Assembly (NCBI GenBank): GCA_017625065.1
Contig: JAGALS010000038.1
Span: 7,139-71,138 of the forward strand
Length of the DNA stretch: 64,000 nt
From: Clostridia bacterium
GTDB taxonomy: Bacteria; Bacillota; Clostridia; Oscillospirales; CAG-272
Direction of reading: 5' to 3'
A program made the translations under genes and the position numbers. The notes under the pieces were generated by a model. The model was not told where the DNA came from. It did no database searches and was given only the letters and a program-made list of their open reading frames with translations. Below are positions 45,238-57,231 of this stretch, one piece after another; positions within the stretch are counted from its first letter, which is position 1; every line of letters begins with the position of its first letter.

Positions 45238-48081
45238 ATGGCAGATAAACTTGTGTTAAAGGGCGTTCGCGTCCATAATCTGAAAAATATAGATATCACC
45301 ATTCCGCGTGATAAGCTCGTGGTCTTCACAGGGCTTTCGGGATCGGGAAAATCGTCGCTGGCGTTCGATACCATCTATGCAGAGGGGCATCGCCGCTTTG
45401 TTGAGTCGCTTTCGTCCTATGCCCGTATGTTCTTGGGACAGCTCGATAAGCCCGACATCGACACCATCGAGGGGCTTTCGCCCGCGATCTCCATCGACCA
45501 AAAGACCACCTCAAAAAATCCCCGCTCTACCGTGGGAACGGTCACCGAGATCTATGACTATCTCCGCTTGCTTTATGCCCGTATCGGTGTTCCGCACTGT
45601 CCCGTGTGCGGCAAGGAGATCCGTCAGCAGACCAAGGATCAGATCGTCGATCGCATCCTTGCTATGCCTGAGGGCACGCGCTTTATGGTGCTCGCCCCTG
45701 TCGTTCGAGCGCAAAAGGGCAGACACGAAAAGGTCTTTGCCGATGCGCGCAAAAGCGGCTATTCCCGTGTGCGCGTGGACGGCAATATGTACGAGCTCTC
45801 CGAGGAGATCGCGCTGGATAAAAACAAAAAGCACACCGTTGAGGTGGTGGTCGACCGCCTTGTCAACCGCGGCGACATTCGCGCGCGGCTTGGCGATTCG
45901 GTGGAAACGGCGCTCTCGCTTGCCGACGGTAATTTGCTGATCTCGCCCGTTGCAAGAGACGGGGAAGAAGCACACGAGGAGCTTGCGTTTTCGCAAAATT
46001 ATGCCTGCGAGGAGCATAACATCTCCTTTGGCGGGCTGGAGCCCCGTATGTTCTCATTCAACAACCCCCAGGGCGCTTGTCCGCATTGTGCGGGTCTTGG
46101 CGAGATGCGCCGTGTCGCCACGTGGAAGCTGATCCCCGACGACACGCTTCCACTTTCCAAGGGTGCGATCGCCGTGAACGGCTTTAAGAGCCTGACCGCC
46201 GATGACGGCTGGAACGGGCCGCTGTTTGCCGCGGTTGGCGAGCGGCACGGCTTCACGATGGACATGCCCGTTTGTGAATTTACAAAGGAGCAGATGGATA
46301 TTCTGTTCTACGGAACGGGTGACGAGCGCTATCACGTGATCCGCTATTTCGGCGGCGAAGCGCACGAGCAGGTCGTGCCCTTTGAGGGGCTTGTGCCGAT
46401 CATTGAAAAGCGTATGAAAATGAACGTGATCGGTGAATATTACGACGATTTTGTCGAGGACGCGCCTTGTCCCGAATGTGGCGGCAAGCGACTTGCGCCC
46501 AACATTCTGGCAGTCACCGTTGGCGGCAAGAACATTCACGAATTTTGCGAGCTTTCGGTGAAGGATGCCCTTGATTTTGTCAACGGGCTGACACTCACCG
46601 ATACAGAGGCGCTGATTGCTAAAGAAATCTTAAAAGAGGTCCGTGCCCGTCTTGGCTTTTTGATCAGCGTCGGTTTGGATTACCTGACGCTTGCCCGCAA
46701 GGCGGGAACACTGTCGGGTGGTGAGGCGCAGCGCATTCGTCTCGCGACGCAGATCGGCTCGGCGCTCACGGGCGTTCTGTATATCCTGGACGAGCCCAGC
46801 ATCGGGCTGCATCAGCGCGACAACATCAAGCTGATCCACACCCTGCAACACCTGCGCGACCTCGGCAATAGCGTTATCGTGGTCGAGCACGACGAGGAAA
46901 CCATGGAAGCCGCCGATCACATTGTGGACGTCGGTCCCGGGGCGGGCATCCACGGCGGCGAGATCGTGGTGCAGGGAACGCCTGCCGATATTATGAATTG
47001 CAAGCAGTCACTCACGGGCGCGTATCTTTCGGGCAGAGAAAAAATTCCCGTTCCCAAAACGCGCAGAAGCGGCAACGGCAATTTCCTTCGTGTGAAGGGC
47101 GCAAGGCAAAATAACCTCAAGGGCTTGGACGTTGAGATCCCGCTTGGGTGCTTCGTGTGTGTCACGGGCGTTTCGGGATCGGGCAAATCCTCGCTTGTCA
47201 ACGGCATTCTGTACCCCTATCTTGCAAGCCGTCTCAACCGTGCCGTGATGTACGCGGGCAAGCACGATAAGATCGAGGGGATCGAGCATCTGGATAAGGT
47301 CATCGACATCGACCAAAGCCCCATCGGGCGCACACCGCGCTCCAACCCTGCCACCTATACGGGGCTCTTTAATGAGATCCGCGATCTCTTTGCCAAGACT
47401 GCCGATGCCAAGGCGCACGGCTATACGGGCGGACGCTTTTCCTTCAACGTTAAGGGCGGCCGCTGCGAGGCGTGTGAGGGCGACGGCGTGAAGAAGATCG
47501 AAATGCACTTTTTGCCCGACGTTTACGTCAAATGCGACGTTTGTAAGGGCAAGCGCTATAACCGCGATACCCTTGACGTGCATTACAAGGGCAAAAACAT
47601 TGCCGATGTGCTGGAAATGACCGTGGAGGAGGGGCTTTCCTTCTTTGACGGTATTCCGTCCATCAAGCGTAAGCTGCAGGCGCTCTTTGACGTTGGACTT
47701 GGCTATATCGCCATCGGTCAATCCTCGACAACACTTTCGGGGGGTGAGGCGCAGCGCGTCAAGCTCGCCGAGCAGCTTGCAAGGCGCTCTACGGGCAAGA
47801 CTATCTATATTCTGGACGAGCCCACCACGGGTCTGCACACAGCAGACGTGGCGAAGCTGATTGAAATGCTGAATCGCTTGGTCGAGGCAGGGAACACCGT
47901 GCTTGTTATCGAGCACAATCTTGACGTGATCAAGACCGCCGACCATATCATCGACCTTGGTCCCGAGGGCGGTGAAGGGGGCGGCACACTTGTGGCGACG
48001 GGAACGCCCGAGCAGGTGGCGCAAAATCCCTCCTCGTATACGGGACAATATTTGAAGAAATGGTTGGTGAGAAATCAATGA
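45238..48081 (+). CDS. uvrA: Excinuclease ABC subunit A
   Basis: There are two ABC modules ([14 protein letters not shown] and [19 protein letters not shown] twice) and the zinc-finger cysteines CPxC...CxxC. Confidence 0.96.
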   Translation: MADKLVLKGVRVHNLKNIDITIPRDKLVVFTGLSGSGKSSLAFDTIYAEGHRRFVESLSSYARMFLGQLDKPDIDTIEGLSPAISIDQKTTSKNPRSTVGTVTEIYDYLRLLYARIGVPHCPVCGKEIRQQTKDQIVDRILAMPEGTRFMVLAPVVRAQKGRHEKVFADARKSGYSRVRVDGNMYELSEEIALDKNKKHTVEVVVDRLVNRGDIRARLGDSVETALSLADGNLLISPVARDGEEAHEELAFSQNYACEEHNISFGGLEPRMFSFNNPQGACPHCAGLGEMRRVATWKLIPDDTLPLSKGAIAVNGFKSLTADDGWNGPLFAAVGERHGFTMDMPVCEFTKEQMDILFYGTGDERYHVIRYFGGEAHEQVVPFEGLVPIIEKRMKMNVIGEYYDDFVEDAPCPECGGKRLAPNILAVTVGGKNIHEFCELSVKDALDFVNGLTLTDTEALIAKEILKEVRARLGFLISVGLDYLTLARKAGTLSGGEAQRIRLATQIGSALTGVLYILDEPSIGLHQRDNIKLIHTLQHLRDLGNSVIVVEHDEETMEAADHIVDVGPGAGIHGGEIVVQGTPADIMNCKQSLTGAYLSGREKIPVPKTRRSGNGNFLRVKGARQNNLKGLDVEIPLGCFVCVTGVSGSGKSSLVNGILYPYLASRLNRAVMYAGKHDKIEGIEHLDKVIDIDQSPIGRTPRSNPATYTGLFNEIRDLFAKTADAKAHGYTGGRFSFNVKGGRCEACEGDGVKKIEMHFLPDVYVKCDVCKGKRYNRDTLDVHYKGKNIADVLEMTVEEGLSFFDGIPSIKRKLQALFDVGLGYIAIGQSSTTLSGGEAQRVKLAEQLARRSTGKTIYILDEPTTGLHTADVAKLIEMLNRLVEAGNTVLVIEHNLDVIKTADHIIDLGPEGGEGGGTLVATGTPEQVAQNPSSYTGQYLKKWLVRNQ

Positions 48082-49205
48082 TCGAATTGGTTGCCACTTG
48101 CCTGTTTGGACTTGAAAAGCAGCTTGGCGAGGAGATCGACGCGCTAGGCTGCAAGCGCCTTGACACGATGGACGGGCGCGTGACCTTTTTAGGAAATGAA
48201 GCGGACATTGCACGTGCCAATATCCGTCTGCGCTGTGCCGAGCGCATCTATATCCGCGTGGGCTCCTTTCCTGCGACCACCTTTACCGAGCTGTTTGACG
48301 GCGTGCGTGCCCTGCCGTTTGAGGATTTCATCGGCCCCGACGATGCGTTCCCTGTAAAAGGGCACGCCATTCGCAGTAAGCTTTTTTCGGTGCCCGATTG
48401 CCAAAGCATCGTTAAAAAAGCAGTCGTAGAGCGGCTTTCCGCCTCGTACGGGCTCAAATGGTTTCCCGAGGAAGGCGCGAAATATCAGATCGAATTTTTC
48501 ATTTTTAAGGATATCGCCACGCTGATGATCGACACCAGCGGTGTCGCCTTGCACAAGCGCGGCTATCGACCCGCGGCAGGTGCTGCCCCCTTGCGCGAAA
48601 CGCTTGCCGCCGCAATGGCGCTGACCTCGCGTCCCCGTGAGGATATCCTGTTTTGGGATCCCTTTTGCGGCTCGGGCACCATTGTGATCGAAGCGGCGAT
48701 GATCCTCAAAAACATCGCACCGGGGCTTGACCGCCGCTTTGCCGCAATGGATTTTGACTGTCTGCATCACGGCATCTGGAAGGATGCCGCAGATGAGGCG
48801 CGCGACCTTGTTCGTCGCGACGTTGCTCCCGAGCTTTTCGGCTCCGACTTGGACGAAAAGGTGCTGCAATACGCCCGCGAGAACGCCGAGCGCGCAGGGG
48901 TGAGCGATTGCATTCGCTTTTTCCGTGCCGACGCGCGCCACATCGAAAAGCCGAGCGCCGACCGACGGGGAACCGTGGTCTGCAATCCGCCCTACGGCGA
49001 GCGACTGATGGAGCTGCGTGAGGTAGAGGCGCTTTACCGCGATATTGGACGGCAATTCGTGCAGCTCGATCCGTGGCAGATCTACGTTTTGACCTCACAT
49101 CAGAAATTCGAGGCACTTTACGGCAGACGCGCCGATAAGATCAGAAAGCTTTTCAATGGTATGATCCCGTGCAATCTGTACCAGTATTTCCGTCCCAAAA
49201 ACTAA
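48078..49205 (+). CDS. THUMP-domain class I SAM-dependent RNA methyltransferase (RlmL/YpsC-like)
   Basis: The ATGA overlaps the uvrA stop. It has an N-terminal THUMP-like region, SAM motif I DPFCGSGT and the catalytic NPPYGERL. Confidence 0.8.
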   Translation: MIELVATCLFGLEKQLGEEIDALGCKRLDTMDGRVTFLGNEADIARANIRLRCAERIYIRVGSFPATTFTELFDGVRALPFEDFIGPDDAFPVKGHAIRSKLFSVPDCQSIVKKAVVERLSASYGLKWFPEEGAKYQIEFFIFKDIATLMIDTSGVALHKRGYRPAAGAAPLRETLAAAMALTSRPREDILFWDPFCGSGTIVIEAAMILKNIAPGLDRRFAAMDFDCLHHGIWKDAADEARDLVRRDVAPELFGSDLDEKVLQYARENAERAGVSDCIRFFRADARHIEKPSADRRGTVVCNPPYGERLMELREVEALYRDIGRQFVQLDPWQIYVLTSHQKFEALYGRRADKIRKLFNGMIPCNLYQYFRPKN

Positions 49206-49207
49206 AC

Positions 49208-49240
49208 AAAAAAGGCGCAAACGCGCCTTTTTTGTTGTTT
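49208..49240 (+). terminator. Rho-independent terminator
   Basis: AAAAAAGGCGC / GCGCCTTTTTT hairpin with an A-tract and a T-tract. Confidence 0.75.
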
Positions 49241-49305
49241 TTATGAAAAAAGAATGAAAATTTGCACTCCCCTTGCAAATTTTAGAAAAAGTTTGGTTAA
49301 AATCC

Positions 49306-49334
49306 TTGACAAAAGGGAAAAATCGTGCTATATT
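49306..49334 (+). promoter_or_regulatory. hrcA operon promoter
   Basis: TTGACA, a 17-nt spacer, then TATATT. It lies immediately upstream of CIRCE. Confidence 0.65.
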
Positions 49335-49345
49335 TTTAATGTGTT

Positions 49346-49372
49346 TTAGCACTCTCGGATTTAAAGTGCTAA
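49346..49372. promoter_or_regulatory. CIRCE operator (HrcA binding site)
   Basis: TTAGCACTC-TCGGATTTA-AAGTGCTAA compared with the consensus TTAGCACTC-N9-GAGTGCTAA shows one mismatch. It sits between the promoter and hrcA. Confidence 0.9.
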
Positions 49373-49397
49373 ATTCAAGCGAGGGGAGGGGCGATCG

Positions 49398-50468
49398 TTG
49401 GCGACACATAACGGCGGACTCAGTGATCGAAAAAAGCTGATATTAAAGGCTATTGTAGAAGCGCACATTCAGGGCGGCGAGCCCGTGGGCTCAAAATATC
49501 TGACCGAAAGTCAGCAGTTGACCTGCTCCTCTGCTACCATTCGCAACGAAATGGCAGAGCTTGAAAGCATGGGCTTTTTGGAGCAGCCCCACACCTCAGC
49601 GGGGCGCGTTCCCAGCAAGCAGGGCTACCGTTTTTACGTCGATGCGCTGCTTGAGGAATATGCGATGACCGCAAAGGAGATCGCGCAGATCAACCAGCTC
49701 ATGAAGGTCAAAATGTCGGAGCTTGACCGTATTCTTGACAGTGCCTCAAAGGTGGCGTCGTCGCTGACGAACTACACGGGATTTGCTATTAAGCCCCGTT
49801 CGCGTTCGATCACGGTCAATCGCTTTGAAACGGCGTTCATTGATAATCACAGCTTCATATTGATCCTTGTCGCATCCGACGGCACGGTCAAAACGCGCAA
49901 TATCATCGTCGATGCCGAGATCACGCCGCGCACGGTGACAACGGTTTCGGATGTTCTCAACGAGCTTGTCATCGAGCTTGATGCCGATGAGATCAATCTT
50001 CCTATTATTATGGAGTTGGAAAGCCGCGTCGGCGACGCCGCGCTCGTGAATGCCGTGATGAAAAGCATCTACGAGGTGCTTGGCGAGCTGGACGGCGGCG
50101 AGCTGAAGGTCAGCGGTCTTGACCGATTGCTGCAATATCCCGAATTTGCCGACAGCGAGGACCTTGGTCAGCTGCTTGGCGCATTCGAGCGCAAAGAGGA
50201 TATCCTTGATCTTGTTTCGGATACCGAGGGTGACGGCGTTCACGCCGTGATCGGCTCCGAGAGCTCGGTCAAGGTCATCAACAATTCCACACTGGTATTT
50301 AAGCCCATCAAAAGCAAGGGCAAGACCGTGGGCGCCATCGGCGTGATCGGTCCCTTGCGTATGGACTATGCCCGTGTGCTTGCCACCTTGGAAAATCTTG
50401 GCGGTAATATCACACAGCTACTAAATGAACCAAAACACAAAGAAAAAGGAGACAGTCATGACGGATGA
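49398..50468 (+). CDS. hrcA: Heat-inducible transcription repressor HrcA
   Basis: TTG start. The translation shows LSDRKKLILKAIVEAHIQGGEPVGSKYL, SSATIRNEMAELE and GFLEQPHTSAGRVPS. Confidence 0.93.
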   Translation: MATHNGGLSDRKKLILKAIVEAHIQGGEPVGSKYLTESQQLTCSSATIRNEMAELESMGFLEQPHTSAGRVPSKQGYRFYVDALLEEYAMTAKEIAQINQLMKVKMSELDRILDSASKVASSLTNYTGFAIKPRSRSITVNRFETAFIDNHSFILILVASDGTVKTRNIIVDAEITPRTVTTVSDVLNELVIELDADEINLPIIMELESRVGDAALVNAVMKSIYEVLGELDGGELKVSGLDRLLQYPEFADSEDLGQLLGAFERKEDILDLVSDTEGDGVHAVIGSESSVKVINNSTLVFKPIKSKGKTVGAIGVIGPLRMDYARVLATLENLGGNITQLLNEPKHKEKGDSHDG

Positions 50469-51042
50469 GATCATAAAAGAAAATGAAGGATCCGTACAGG
50501 AGCCCGTGACCGACGATATCCTTGCCGAAGCCGAGGAGATGAGTCGGGGAGGGAAGGATCAAAAGAAAAAGACACGAAAGCTTGAAGCGGAGGTGCTGGA
50601 GGCGGGCAAGAAGCTGACCGAAAAGGAAGCGGAATTGGCGGAGCTGAATGACCGCTATCTGCGTCTTGCCGCCGAGTACGATAACTTCCGTCGCCGCACG
50701 GCACAGGAGCGCGACCGTATCTACGACGACGCATACACCAACGCGCTTTCCGCCGTGTTCCCGATTTTGGATAACCTGGAGCGCGCCGCACAGTACGCGG
50801 ACGGCGAAAACGTGACCAAAGGCGTTGCCATGACACTCAAGGGTGCTGCCGAAACGCTGGAAAAGCTGGGCGTTGTTGAGATCGAAGCGCTTGGCAAGAC
50901 CTTTGATCCTGTGTATCACAATGCCGTGTTTCACGTAGAGGATGAAGAGTATGGCGAGGGCGAGATCGTTGAGGTGTTGCAAAAGGGCTATATCAAGGGC
51001 GATCGCGTATTGCGCTATGCAATGGTCAAGGTCGCAAACTAA
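50458..51042 (+). CDS. grpE: Nucleotide exchange factor GrpE
   Basis: RBS AAAGGAGA. The translation shows RLAAEYDNFRRRT and GKTFDPVYHNAV. It overlaps the hrcA end by 11 nt. Confidence 0.92.
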   Translation: MTDEIIKENEGSVQEPVTDDILAEAEEMSRGGKDQKKKTRKLEAEVLEAGKKLTEKEAELAELNDRYLRLAAEYDNFRRRTAQERDRIYDDAYTNALSAVFPILDNLERAAQYADGENVTKGVAMTLKGAAETLEKLGVVEIEALGKTFDPVYHNAVFHVEDEEYGEGEIVEVLQKGYIKGDRVLRYAMVKVAN

Positions 51043-51092
51043 ACAATTAAAAAAATATAGAAGATAGATTCTTCAAAAAGGAGATTTGAATC

Positions 51093-52940
51093 ATGGGAAA
51101 AATTATTGGTATTGATTTGGGTACGACCAACTCTTGTGTTGCTGTTTATGAGGGCGGCGAGCCTAAGGTGATCCCCAATCCCGAAGGCGCGCGCACGACC
51201 CCTTCTGTTGTCGCGTTCTCCAAGACGGGGGAGCGTATGATCGGTCAGGTCGCAAAGAGACAGAGCATCACCAACCCCGACCGCACCGTCAGCTCGATCA
51301 AGCGCCATATGGGTACCGCCCATAAGGTCGCCATCGACGGCAAGGACTACACCCCTCAGGAAATTTCCGCAATGGTGCTGCAGAAGCTGAAGGCAGATGC
51401 CGAGGCATTCCTTGGCAGCCCCGTGACCGAGGCTGTTATTACCGTTCCCGCATACTTTTCCGATGCACAGCGTCAGGCAACCAAGGATGCGGGCAAGATC
51501 GCAGGCCTTGACGTAAAGCGCATCATCAACGAGCCCACTGCCGCAGCGCTTGCTTACGGTATGGATAAGGATCAGAACAAGGATCAGACCATCATGGTAT
51601 TCGACCTTGGCGGCGGTACCTTCGACGTTTCGATCCTTGAAATTTCCGACGGTGTGTTCGAGGTGCTTGCCACCAACGGCGATACCCGCCTTGGCGGTGA
51701 CGACTTCGATCAGCGTATCATCAATTGGATGGCTGACCTGTTCCAGAAGGAAAACGGTGTTGATCTGCGTAACGACAAGATGGTTCTTCAAAGACTGAAG
51801 GATGCCGCAGAGAAGGCAAAGATCGAGCTTTCCGGCATGACCTCTTCTAACATCAATCTGCCCTTCATTACGGCAACCGCAGCAGGTCCTCTGCACTTCG
51901 AGGCAACGCTTACCCGTGCCGAGTTTGACCGTATCACCGCAGATCTCGTAGATCGCTGCATGGAGCCTACCCGTAAAGCACTTGCCGATGCAGGCAAGTC
52001 TGTTTCCGAGATCGAAAAGGTCCTGCTTGTCGGCGGCTCTACCCGTATTCCCGCCGTTCAGGAGGCTGTGAAGAAGTTCACGGGCAAGGATCCCTTCAAG
52101 GGAATCAACCCCGATGAGTGCGTGGCGCTTGGTGCAGCCATTCAGGGCGGCGTGCTTGGCGGCGACAAGACCGACCTTCTGCTGCTTGACGTCACGCCCC
52201 TGTCTCTTGGTATCGAAACGCTTGGCGGTGTGTTCAACCGTATCATCGACCGCAACACCACCATCCCCGTAAAGAAGAGCCAAGTCTACTCCACTGCGGC
52301 TGACAATCAGACCTCGGTTGAGATCCATGTGCTGCAGGGTGAGCGCGAAATGGCTGCAGGCAACACGACGCTTGGCCGCTTCAACCTTGACGGCATTCCT
52401 CCCGCACCCCGCGGTGTTCCTCAGATCGAGGTCACCTTCGATATCGACGCCAACGGCATCGTGAACGTTTCCGCGATGGATAAGGGCACGGGCAAGGAGA
52501 CCCATATCACCATCACCTCCTCGACCAATATGTCTCAAGAGGATATTGACCGCGCAATGCGCGAGGCAGAGCAGTTTGCCGAAGAGGATAAAAAGCAAAA
52601 GGAAGCTGTTGACACCAAGAACCACGCCGAAACCTTGATCTTCCAGAGCGAGAAGACGCTGGGCGAGATCGGCGACAAGGTCAGCGAAGAGGATAAGGCT
52701 CCCGTGAAGGAAGCGATCGAGAAGCTGCGCACCACCGTGGCAGGCGGCAACACCGATGCCATCAAGGCAGATACCGAGGCGCTGGAAAAGGCATTCTATG
52801 CGTTGTCCGAAAAGCTTTACGCGCAGCAGGGCGGCGCACAGGGCGCAGGCCCCGATATGGGTGCCGATCCCAATATGGGCGGTCAGGCAGACGGTCAGGG
52901 CTTCTATAACGCCGATTTTGAAGACAAGAGCAATCAGTAA
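51093..52940 (+). CDS. dnaK: Molecular chaperone DnaK (Hsp70)
   Basis: The translation shows [25 protein letters not shown] and [14 protein letters not shown]. Confidence 0.98.
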   Translation: MGKIIGIDLGTTNSCVAVYEGGEPKVIPNPEGARTTPSVVAFSKTGERMIGQVAKRQSITNPDRTVSSIKRHMGTAHKVAIDGKDYTPQEISAMVLQKLKADAEAFLGSPVTEAVITVPAYFSDAQRQATKDAGKIAGLDVKRIINEPTAAALAYGMDKDQNKDQTIMVFDLGGGTFDVSILEISDGVFEVLATNGDTRLGGDDFDQRIINWMADLFQKENGVDLRNDKMVLQRLKDAAEKAKIELSGMTSSNINLPFITATAAGPLHFEATLTRAEFDRITADLVDRCMEPTRKALADAGKSVSEIEKVLLVGGSTRIPAVQEAVKKFTGKDPFKGINPDECVALGAAIQGGVLGGDKTDLLLLDVTPLSLGIETLGGVFNRIIDRNTTIPVKKSQVYSTAADNQTSVEIHVLQGEREMAAGNTTLGRFNLDGIPPAPRGVPQIEVTFDIDANGIVNVSAMDKGTGKETHITITSSTNMSQEDIDRAMREAEQFAEEDKKQKEAVDTKNHAETLIFQSEKTLGEIGDKVSEEDKAPVKEAIEKLRTTVAGGNTDAIKADTEALEKAFYALSEKLYAQQGGAQGAGPDMGADPNMGGQADGQGFYNADFEDKSNQ

Positions 52941-52952
52941 TTGACCCGACGA

Positions 52953-52983
52953 GTGGGTGTTGCGCCATTGACGCGACACCCAT
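52953..52983 (+). other. Stem-loop in the dnaK-dnaJ spacer
   Basis: 12-bp stem GTGGGTGTTGCG / CGCGACACCCAT (two G-U pairs) with a 7-nt loop and no U-tract. It is probably an mRNA stability or partial attenuation element. Confidence 0.3.
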
Positions 52984-53001
52984 TTGCCGATAGGAGAAAA
53001 A

Positions 53002-54144
53002 ATGGCAGATAAACGCGATTATTATGAGGTATTGGGCGTTGATAAAAATGCCGATGAAGCGACCCTGAAAAAGGCGTATCGCTCGATGGCGAAAAAATAT
53101 CACCCCGATCTCCATCCCGGCGATGCGGAAGCCGAGAAAAATTTTAAAGAGGTCAACGAGGCATACGACGTTCTTTCCGACAGCGAAAAGCGCGCCAAAT
53201 ACGATCAATACGGCCACGCGGCATTTGACCCCGCATCGGGTGCGGGCGCGGGCGGCTTTGGTGGGTTCGGTGGCTTTGGCGATTTCGGTGACATATTCAG
53301 CAGCTTTTTCGGTGGTGGCTTTGGTGGCGGCGCACAGCGCCGTAACGGACCGATGCGCGGCGACGATATCGGCGCGCGCGTTTCCATTTCCTTTGAGGAG
53401 GCGGCTTTCGGCGTCAAAAAAGAGATCAGCTATAACCGTATCGTCCGTTGTCCCGACTGTTCGGGCAGTGGCGCCGCGAAGGGCACACAGGCCGAGACCT
53501 GCGGCAAATGCCGCGGTTCAGGTCAGATGACTGTTACACAGCGGCTTGGCGGTATGCAGTTTAACTCTCAGACCACCTGTGATGCTTGCCGCGGCAAGGG
53601 CAAGATCATCAAAAATCCTTGTAACAACTGCCGCGGAACGGGATTTATCCGTATCACCAAGAAGCTGGAGGTCTCGATCCCTGCGGGTATCGACGACGGC
53701 GAGCGCATCGCATTGCGCGGCCAGGGCAACGACGGCCGTAACGGCGGTGCCGCGGGCGATCTGATCCTTCAGGTCATGGTCAAGCCCCACGCGATCTTTG
53801 AGCGCGACGGATATAACATTTACTGTGAGGTTCCGATCCCCGTGACAGATGCCATTCTGGGCGCGGAGATCGACATCCCGACCCTGGAGGGAACCGAAAA
53901 ATACAACATTCCCGAAGGCACACAGCCGGGCACGCATTTCACACTGCGCGGAAAGGGTATTCCTTACGTGAACAGCACCCGTCGGGGTGACTTGATCTTC
54001 GTGGTGAACGTCGAGATCCCTCATTCGCTCTCGGATGAGCAAAAGGCACAGATCAAGGCGTTTGCGGGTGTGTGCAGGGAAAATAACTATGGCAAAAAAT
54101 CAGGATTCTTTAAACGGATCTTTGAAAAATTCAACAAGAAATGA
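53002..54144 (+). CDS. dnaJ: Co-chaperone DnaJ
   Basis: The J-domain shows [22 protein letters not shown]. It has a Gly/Phe-rich region and four CxxCxGxG zinc-finger repeats. Confidence 0.96.
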   Translation: MADKRDYYEVLGVDKNADEATLKKAYRSMAKKYHPDLHPGDAEAEKNFKEVNEAYDVLSDSEKRAKYDQYGHAAFDPASGAGAGGFGGFGGFGDFGDIFSSFFGGGFGGGAQRRNGPMRGDDIGARVSISFEEAAFGVKKEISYNRIVRCPDCSGSGAAKGTQAETCGKCRGSGQMTVTQRLGGMQFNSQTTCDACRGKGKIIKNPCNNCRGTGFIRITKKLEVSIPAGIDDGERIALRGQGNDGRNGGAAGDLILQVMVKPHAIFERDGYNIYCEVPIPVTDAILGAEIDIPTLEGTEKYNIPEGTQPGTHFTLRGKGIPYVNSTRRGDLIFVVNVEIPHSLSDEQKAQIKAFAGVCRENNYGKKSGFFKRIFEKFNKK

Positions 54145-55082
54145 GCGAGGATGATATGGACGCTTGCAAGGATTGGACACAGCTAAAGGTCACGGTGCCG
54201 CTTTCACAGTTGGACGCGCTGGTGGCTGTGATGAGCATGCTCAATAATAATTTGATGATCGAGGATTACAGCGATATCGATCTGAAGACCTGCTACGGTG
54301 ATCTGATCGACGAAAGCATTTTGAACGCAGATAAGACGGTGGCCTCGGTTTCGGTCTTTTTGCCGGCAGAACGCCCGTATTCGGATGCGATCGCCTTTCT
54401 CAACGAGCGTATGAGCGCCGAGCAGATCGAAGGAAAGATCGAGCTGATCGGCGTGAACGAGGAGGATTGGGCAAATTCGTGGAAGGCGTATTATAAGCCT
54501 CTTCACATCGGCCGCCGTATGGTCATCGTGCCTGCTTGGGAGTCCTACGATCCTCAGCCCGACGAGATCATCGTGTGTATGGACCCCGGTATGGCGTTCG
54601 GCACGGGCAGTCACGAGACAACAAGACTTGTCATCGAGCTGCTTGAGGAATTGGTCACGCCCGGTATGCGCGTGGCGGACGTGGGCTGTGGCAGCGGCAT
54701 TCTTGCGATCTGCGCCGCAAAGCTTGGCGCTGCGGAATGCAAGGCTTACGACATCGACCCCGTAGCGGTGCGCGTCGCAAGAGAGAACATCTCCGACAGC
54801 GGAATGACCAACGTGAGCTGCGACGTTTCCGACCTCTTAAAGGGTGTAGACCTTGCAGGCGGACAGTACGATCTGATCTGCGCGAATATCGTGGCGGATA
54901 TCATCATTCGTATGGCGCCCGACGTCGGTAGGTATATGAAGGATGATGCCATTTTGCTGGCATCGGGTATCATCACCGAGCGCGCTGAGGAGGTCATCGA
55001 AGCCCTGAATACAAGCCATTTAAAGGTCGTACGCCGCCTGGATGATAACGGTTGGTGCGCCCTTGTTGTGCAAAAAGCATAA
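54141..55082 (+). CDS. prmA: Ribosomal protein L11 methyltransferase
   Basis: The ATGA overlaps the dnaJ stop. The translation shows [25 protein letters not shown] and ANIVADII. An alternative start lies at 54156. Confidence 0.9.
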   Translation: MSEDDMDACKDWTQLKVTVPLSQLDALVAVMSMLNNNLMIEDYSDIDLKTCYGDLIDESILNADKTVASVSVFLPAERPYSDAIAFLNERMSAEQIEGKIELIGVNEEDWANSWKAYYKPLHIGRRMVIVPAWESYDPQPDEIIVCMDPGMAFGTGSHETTRLVIELLEELVTPGMRVADVGCGSGILAICAAKLGAAECKAYDIDPVAVRVARENISDSGMTNVSCDVSDLLKGVDLAGGQYDLICANIVADIIIRMAPDVGRYMKDDAILLASGIITERAEEVIEALNTSHLKVVRRLDDNGWCALVVQKA

Positions 55083-55116
55083 AAAAGAAGCCGTGCGGGT
55101 CACGGCTTCTTTTTTA
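55081..55116 (+). terminator. Rho-independent terminator after prmA
   Basis: GAAGCCGTG / CACGGCTTC stem followed by TTTTTT. Confidence 0.8.
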
Positions 55117-55190
55117 TGCTTTTTTTCCATCCTGTTAAAAAAAATTTGTCACATTCGTATAAAAAAGGGTAAAAAATCACAAAAAAGAGG

Positions 55191-55219
55191 TTGACAAATT
55201 GGTCAAGTTGCGGTATACT
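55191..55219 (+). promoter_or_regulatory. rsmE promoter
   Basis: TTGACA, a 17-nt spacer, then TATACT. Confidence 0.55.
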
Positions 55220-55250
55220 AATAGCACACTTTAAAAAAGGGGGCGATCTG

Positions 55251-56000
55251 TTGCCGCGTTTCTTTGTAACAAGTAACCAAATCGTCGGCGACACGGTCAC
55301 CATTACGGGTGAGGACGCGCACCACATCTCACGGGCACTGCGTTGTGCCGTGGGGGATGCGCTGACCGTCTGCGATATGAGTCGCACGGAATACGAGTGT
55401 GAGCTCACCGATTTTTTGCCCGACTGTGTCAAGGCAAGGATCGTCACGTCTCACCCCGCCCATACCGAGCCGCCCGTACATATTACACTGTATCAAGCGC
55501 TCCCGAAGGGGGATAAGCTTGACACGGTCATCCAAAAGGCGGTCGAATGCGGTGTTTGCCGTATCGTACCCTTTGAAAGCGAGCGCTGTGTGGTAAGGGC
55601 GAAGCCCGACAGCGAACAGCGAAAGACCGAGCGCCGTCGGCGCATCGCATGTGAAGCCGCAAAGCAATGCGGCAGAGGGGCGTTGCCCGAGGTGATGGAA
55701 ACGGTCTCCTTTGGTGAAATGCTACGGCTTGCGGAATCTTCGGATGCCGTTTTCTTTTGCTACGAGGGGGATGGAACGCTTCCCATCGGCACACTGCTTG
55801 CAAAAAACAATATTCCTTTCGGTGGTAGCATCGCCCTTGTCATAGGCAGTGAGGGCGGCTTTTCTTTGCAGGAAGCAAGGACGGCGGCAGAGAAGGGCTT
55901 TTATATGACGGGCCTTGGTCCCCGTATCCTGCGTACCGAGACCGCTCCGCTTTTTGCGCTTGCCTGCATTTCTTGTCATTTTGAATTATCTGATCTCTAG
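55251..56000 (+). CDS. rsmE: 16S rRNA (uracil1498-N3)-methyltransferase RsmE
   Basis: TTG start after AAGGGGG. LPRFFV is the typical RsmE N-terminus. The C-terminal SPOUT motifs are IGSEGGFS and LGPRILRTETA. The ORF-track ATG at 55191 coincides with the promoter -35 element. Confidence 0.85.
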   Translation: MPRFFVTSNQIVGDTVTITGEDAHHISRALRCAVGDALTVCDMSRTEYECELTDFLPDCVKARIVTSHPAHTEPPVHITLYQALPKGDKLDTVIQKAVECGVCRIVPFESERCVVRAKPDSEQRKTERRRRIACEAAKQCGRGALPEVMETVSFGEMLRLAESSDAVFFCYEGDGTLPIGTLLAKNNIPFGGSIALVIGSEGGFSLQEARTAAEKGFYMTGLGPRILRTETAPLFALACISCHFELSDL

Positions 56001-56089
56001 GTGATCACGAAGATCCGGTTGCGAATTTCCCAAACATCAAATTAGTTCTTTATAAATTCACATAAAATGAAGGATGAGAGGAAAACTAT

Positions 56090-57175
56090 ATGTCTAACAG
56101 ATTGTTCCAGGGCATCATACATCAAATGAAGGAAGCCATTGACCGTGTCATTGGCGTGCTGGATGAAAATGGCGTGATCATTTCTTGCTCAGAGCTTGTG
56201 AAGATCGGTGAGATCAGACAAGGCATCCGCGACGAGCTTGCCTACTCCTCGGAGGGGGTTGTGAGTGGCGGATACACCTACCGTCCCGTTTCGGGCGGTG
56301 CGAAGGCGGAATATATCGTTTTCGTTGAGGGCGAGGATAAGATGGCAGAGAAGATGTGCAAGCTGCTCTCCATTTCTCTTGGCAACATCAAGAATCTTTA
56401 TGATGAAAAGTACGATAAGGGCTCTTTCATCAAAAACATCATTCTTGATAACATCCTGCCCAGCGACATTTACATCAAAAGCAAGGAGCTTCACTTCAAT
56501 ACCGAGGAGATCCGTATCGTCTTTTTGATCAAATTCTTTGGCAAGACCGATATGCTGCCCTTTGAGATGCTGCAGAATATGTTCCCGGATAAGTCCAAGG
56601 ACTACGTGATCAGCGTTGGCGAGCACGACGTTGTTCTGGTCAAGGATATCAAGCCCGGCACAGACGGCAAAGAGATTGAAAAAATGGCAACCAACATTGC
56701 CGACACCCTTTGCACCGAGTTCTATACCAAGGTCGCGATCGGTATTTCCACCGCGGTGGATAACATCAAAGATCTGGCACGCGCATATAAGGAAGCGCAG
56801 GTCGCCCTTGAGGTCGGCAAGGTGTTTGAGACCGAGAAGAACATCATCAGCTATGAAAATCTGGGTATCGGGCGTCTCATTTATCAACTGCCCACCACCC
56901 TTTGCGATATGTTCTTGCAGGAGGTCTTCAAGAAGGGAAGCCTTGAATCGCTTGACCGCGAGACCCTTGTGACCATTCAGGCATTCTTTGAGAATAATCT
57001 GAACGTTTCCGAGACCTCCCGTAAGCTGTTTGTACACCGCAATACCCTGGTGTACCGTTTGGAAAAGATCCGCAAGCTCACGGGTCTTGATCTGCGTGAG
57101 TTTGAGCACGCGATTACCTTCAAGGTGGCTTTGATGGTCAAGAAATACCTCAATTCCAAGCCGCTTAAGTTCTGA
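56090..57175 (+). CDS. PucR/CdaR-family transcriptional regulator
   Basis: The C-terminal PucR-type HTH is NVSETSRKLFVHRNTLVYRLEKIRKLTGLD. Confidence 0.75.
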   Translation: MSNRLFQGIIHQMKEAIDRVIGVLDENGVIISCSELVKIGEIRQGIRDELAYSSEGVVSGGYTYRPVSGGAKAEYIVFVEGEDKMAEKMCKLLSISLGNIKNLYDEKYDKGSFIKNIILDNILPSDIYIKSKELHFNTEEIRIVFLIKFFGKTDMLPFEMLQNMFPDKSKDYVISVGEHDVVLVKDIKPGTDGKEIEKMATNIADTLCTEFYTKVAIGISTAVDNIKDLARAYKEAQVALEVGKVFETEKNIISYENLGIGRLIYQLPTTLCDMFLQEVFKKGSLESLDRETLVTIQAFFENNLNVSETSRKLFVHRNTLVYRLEKIRKLTGLDLREFEHAITFKVALMVKKYLNSKPLKF

Positions 57176-57231
57176 TCCTAGCTTTCACAGTTTCAACTTT
57201 TTCATCAATTCCAATATCAGAAAGGATTTGT

